From assembly GCA_022605425.2 (NCBI GenBank), contig CM061254.1:372001-436000 (forward strand): a DNA stretch of 64,000 nt. Reading direction: 5' to 3'. Of this stretch, positions 63,184-64,000 are shown in pieces. Origin of the DNA: Hamiltosporidium tvaerminnensis FI-OER-3-3 (Eukaryota; Fungi; Microsporidia). The notes below the pieces were generated by a model. The model made no database searches and was not told where the DNA came from. It saw nothing but the letters and a program-made list of their open reading frames with translations. A program made the position numbers and the translations under genes. The number at the start of each line of letters is the position of its first letter. The first letter of the stretch is position 1.

Positions 63184-63416
63184 TTATTCATCCTTGGCAC
63201 TACAACCCTTTGCGAGCCTTGGCCTTTCTTAGTAATACCGCTCACCAGTCTTTTTCCAGTGGGTTTGTTTACTTATTGGGTTTTGTAACAAGTAGTTTTA
63301 AAGGGTTGATTGTTAGCCCTACGCCTAACCCCAAATGAAAGATCAGTTCCTTTTTTCGCCTCTTACGACAAGCAGAAAATACTCCAAGCCAATTCTGCTT
63401 TCGGCATGGTGGGGAA
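63184..63416 (-). mobile_element. Bipartite non-autonomous RTE-derived retroelement, copy 3
   Basis: Reverse complement reads CCCCACCATGCCGAAAGCAGAATTGG...TTCTGCTTGTCGTAAGAGGCG...GGGGTTAGGCGTAGGGCTAACAATC...AGGCCAAGGCTCGCAAAGGGTTGTAGTGCCAAGGATGAAT; degenerate TSD AAA(T/G)ATAT(G/A)GTAT at 63171-63183 and 63417-63429. Confidence 0.85.
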
Positions 63417-64000
63417 AAAGATATAGTATAGGCATCTAAAAATCGATATGTAAATTTATTAAAAAATTGCTTTGTAAAAAGACTTGAAAAAGAATTTAAA
63501 TGAGTCAGTTTGTGCTATTTGTGATTTTTTAATTGATTTTATAAACTTGCAGCCCGATTGGAACAAAAAAAATTCTGTATGTTTGGTAGCGATTTACGGT
63601 TCTAATAACCTATTTTTATTCGTAGCGACCCAATATTACTGCAATAAGCTAGTAAAGGTCTACTTCTATAGATCTAAAATAAAAAAATATAGTTTAATGA
63701 ATTACCCAAAAATAACCACAACTGTTTCATCGTATTTTTTTAAAAAGATTACGAGTTGCCCACCGATTTGGAATCAAATGATAAGAAAAGAAGCAACTTG
63801 TAGTTCAAAGTAGAAAAACTCATAACACTCGTAAATTTTACCTGAAAAGCCTTCGCATTATAAAAATCTAAAAAATATTTTAATAATTAAATGATGTTTA
63901 TACATTATAAATCGACTGATATTTTATGTTCCTTGATTTCACTTGCTTTATAGCCTCTAGATTCACTTAATAGTTTTATTCGATGAATAAGAAAAAATAA

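Noticed and set aside
61463-63813. Short ORFs 61463..61831, 61746..61982 and 63484..63813 as genes
   Set aside because: No recognisable motifs or start context; probably chance ORFs or decayed TE sequence.

Overview
AT-rich, gene-sparse eukaryotic DNA. It reads as a large-genome microsporidian (Hamiltosporidium-like; an inference from divergent intron-poor housekeeping genes, CCC-type motifs just before ATGs and the TE load). Host genes: NEMF/Rqc2 (split by one extra base), cytosolic seryl-tRNA synthetase, a PLAC8 protein, a protein with three putative LOTUS/OST-HTH domains, tRNA-Val(AAC), a small zinc-ribbon protein, a TAF3/TAF8-type histone-fold protein, an RFC small subunit, a 611-aa secreted-type orphan with a disrupted paralogue, and a fragmented LRR-like gene. 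About a quarter of the window is six copies, from near-intact to barely recognisable, of one RLE-type (R4/Dong-like) non-LTR retrotransposon. It appears to have no 5' UTR, and two copies share the same nonsense codon in the endonuclease motif. Also present: a 1-kb non-autonomous hAT element with a perfect 8-bp TSD, three ~230-bp bipartite RTE-derived elements with TSDs, and an unclassified non-coding repeat family (four ~640-bp and five ~190-bp copies sharing one ~110-bp tail). All calls are by-eye motif recognition; no database searches were run.
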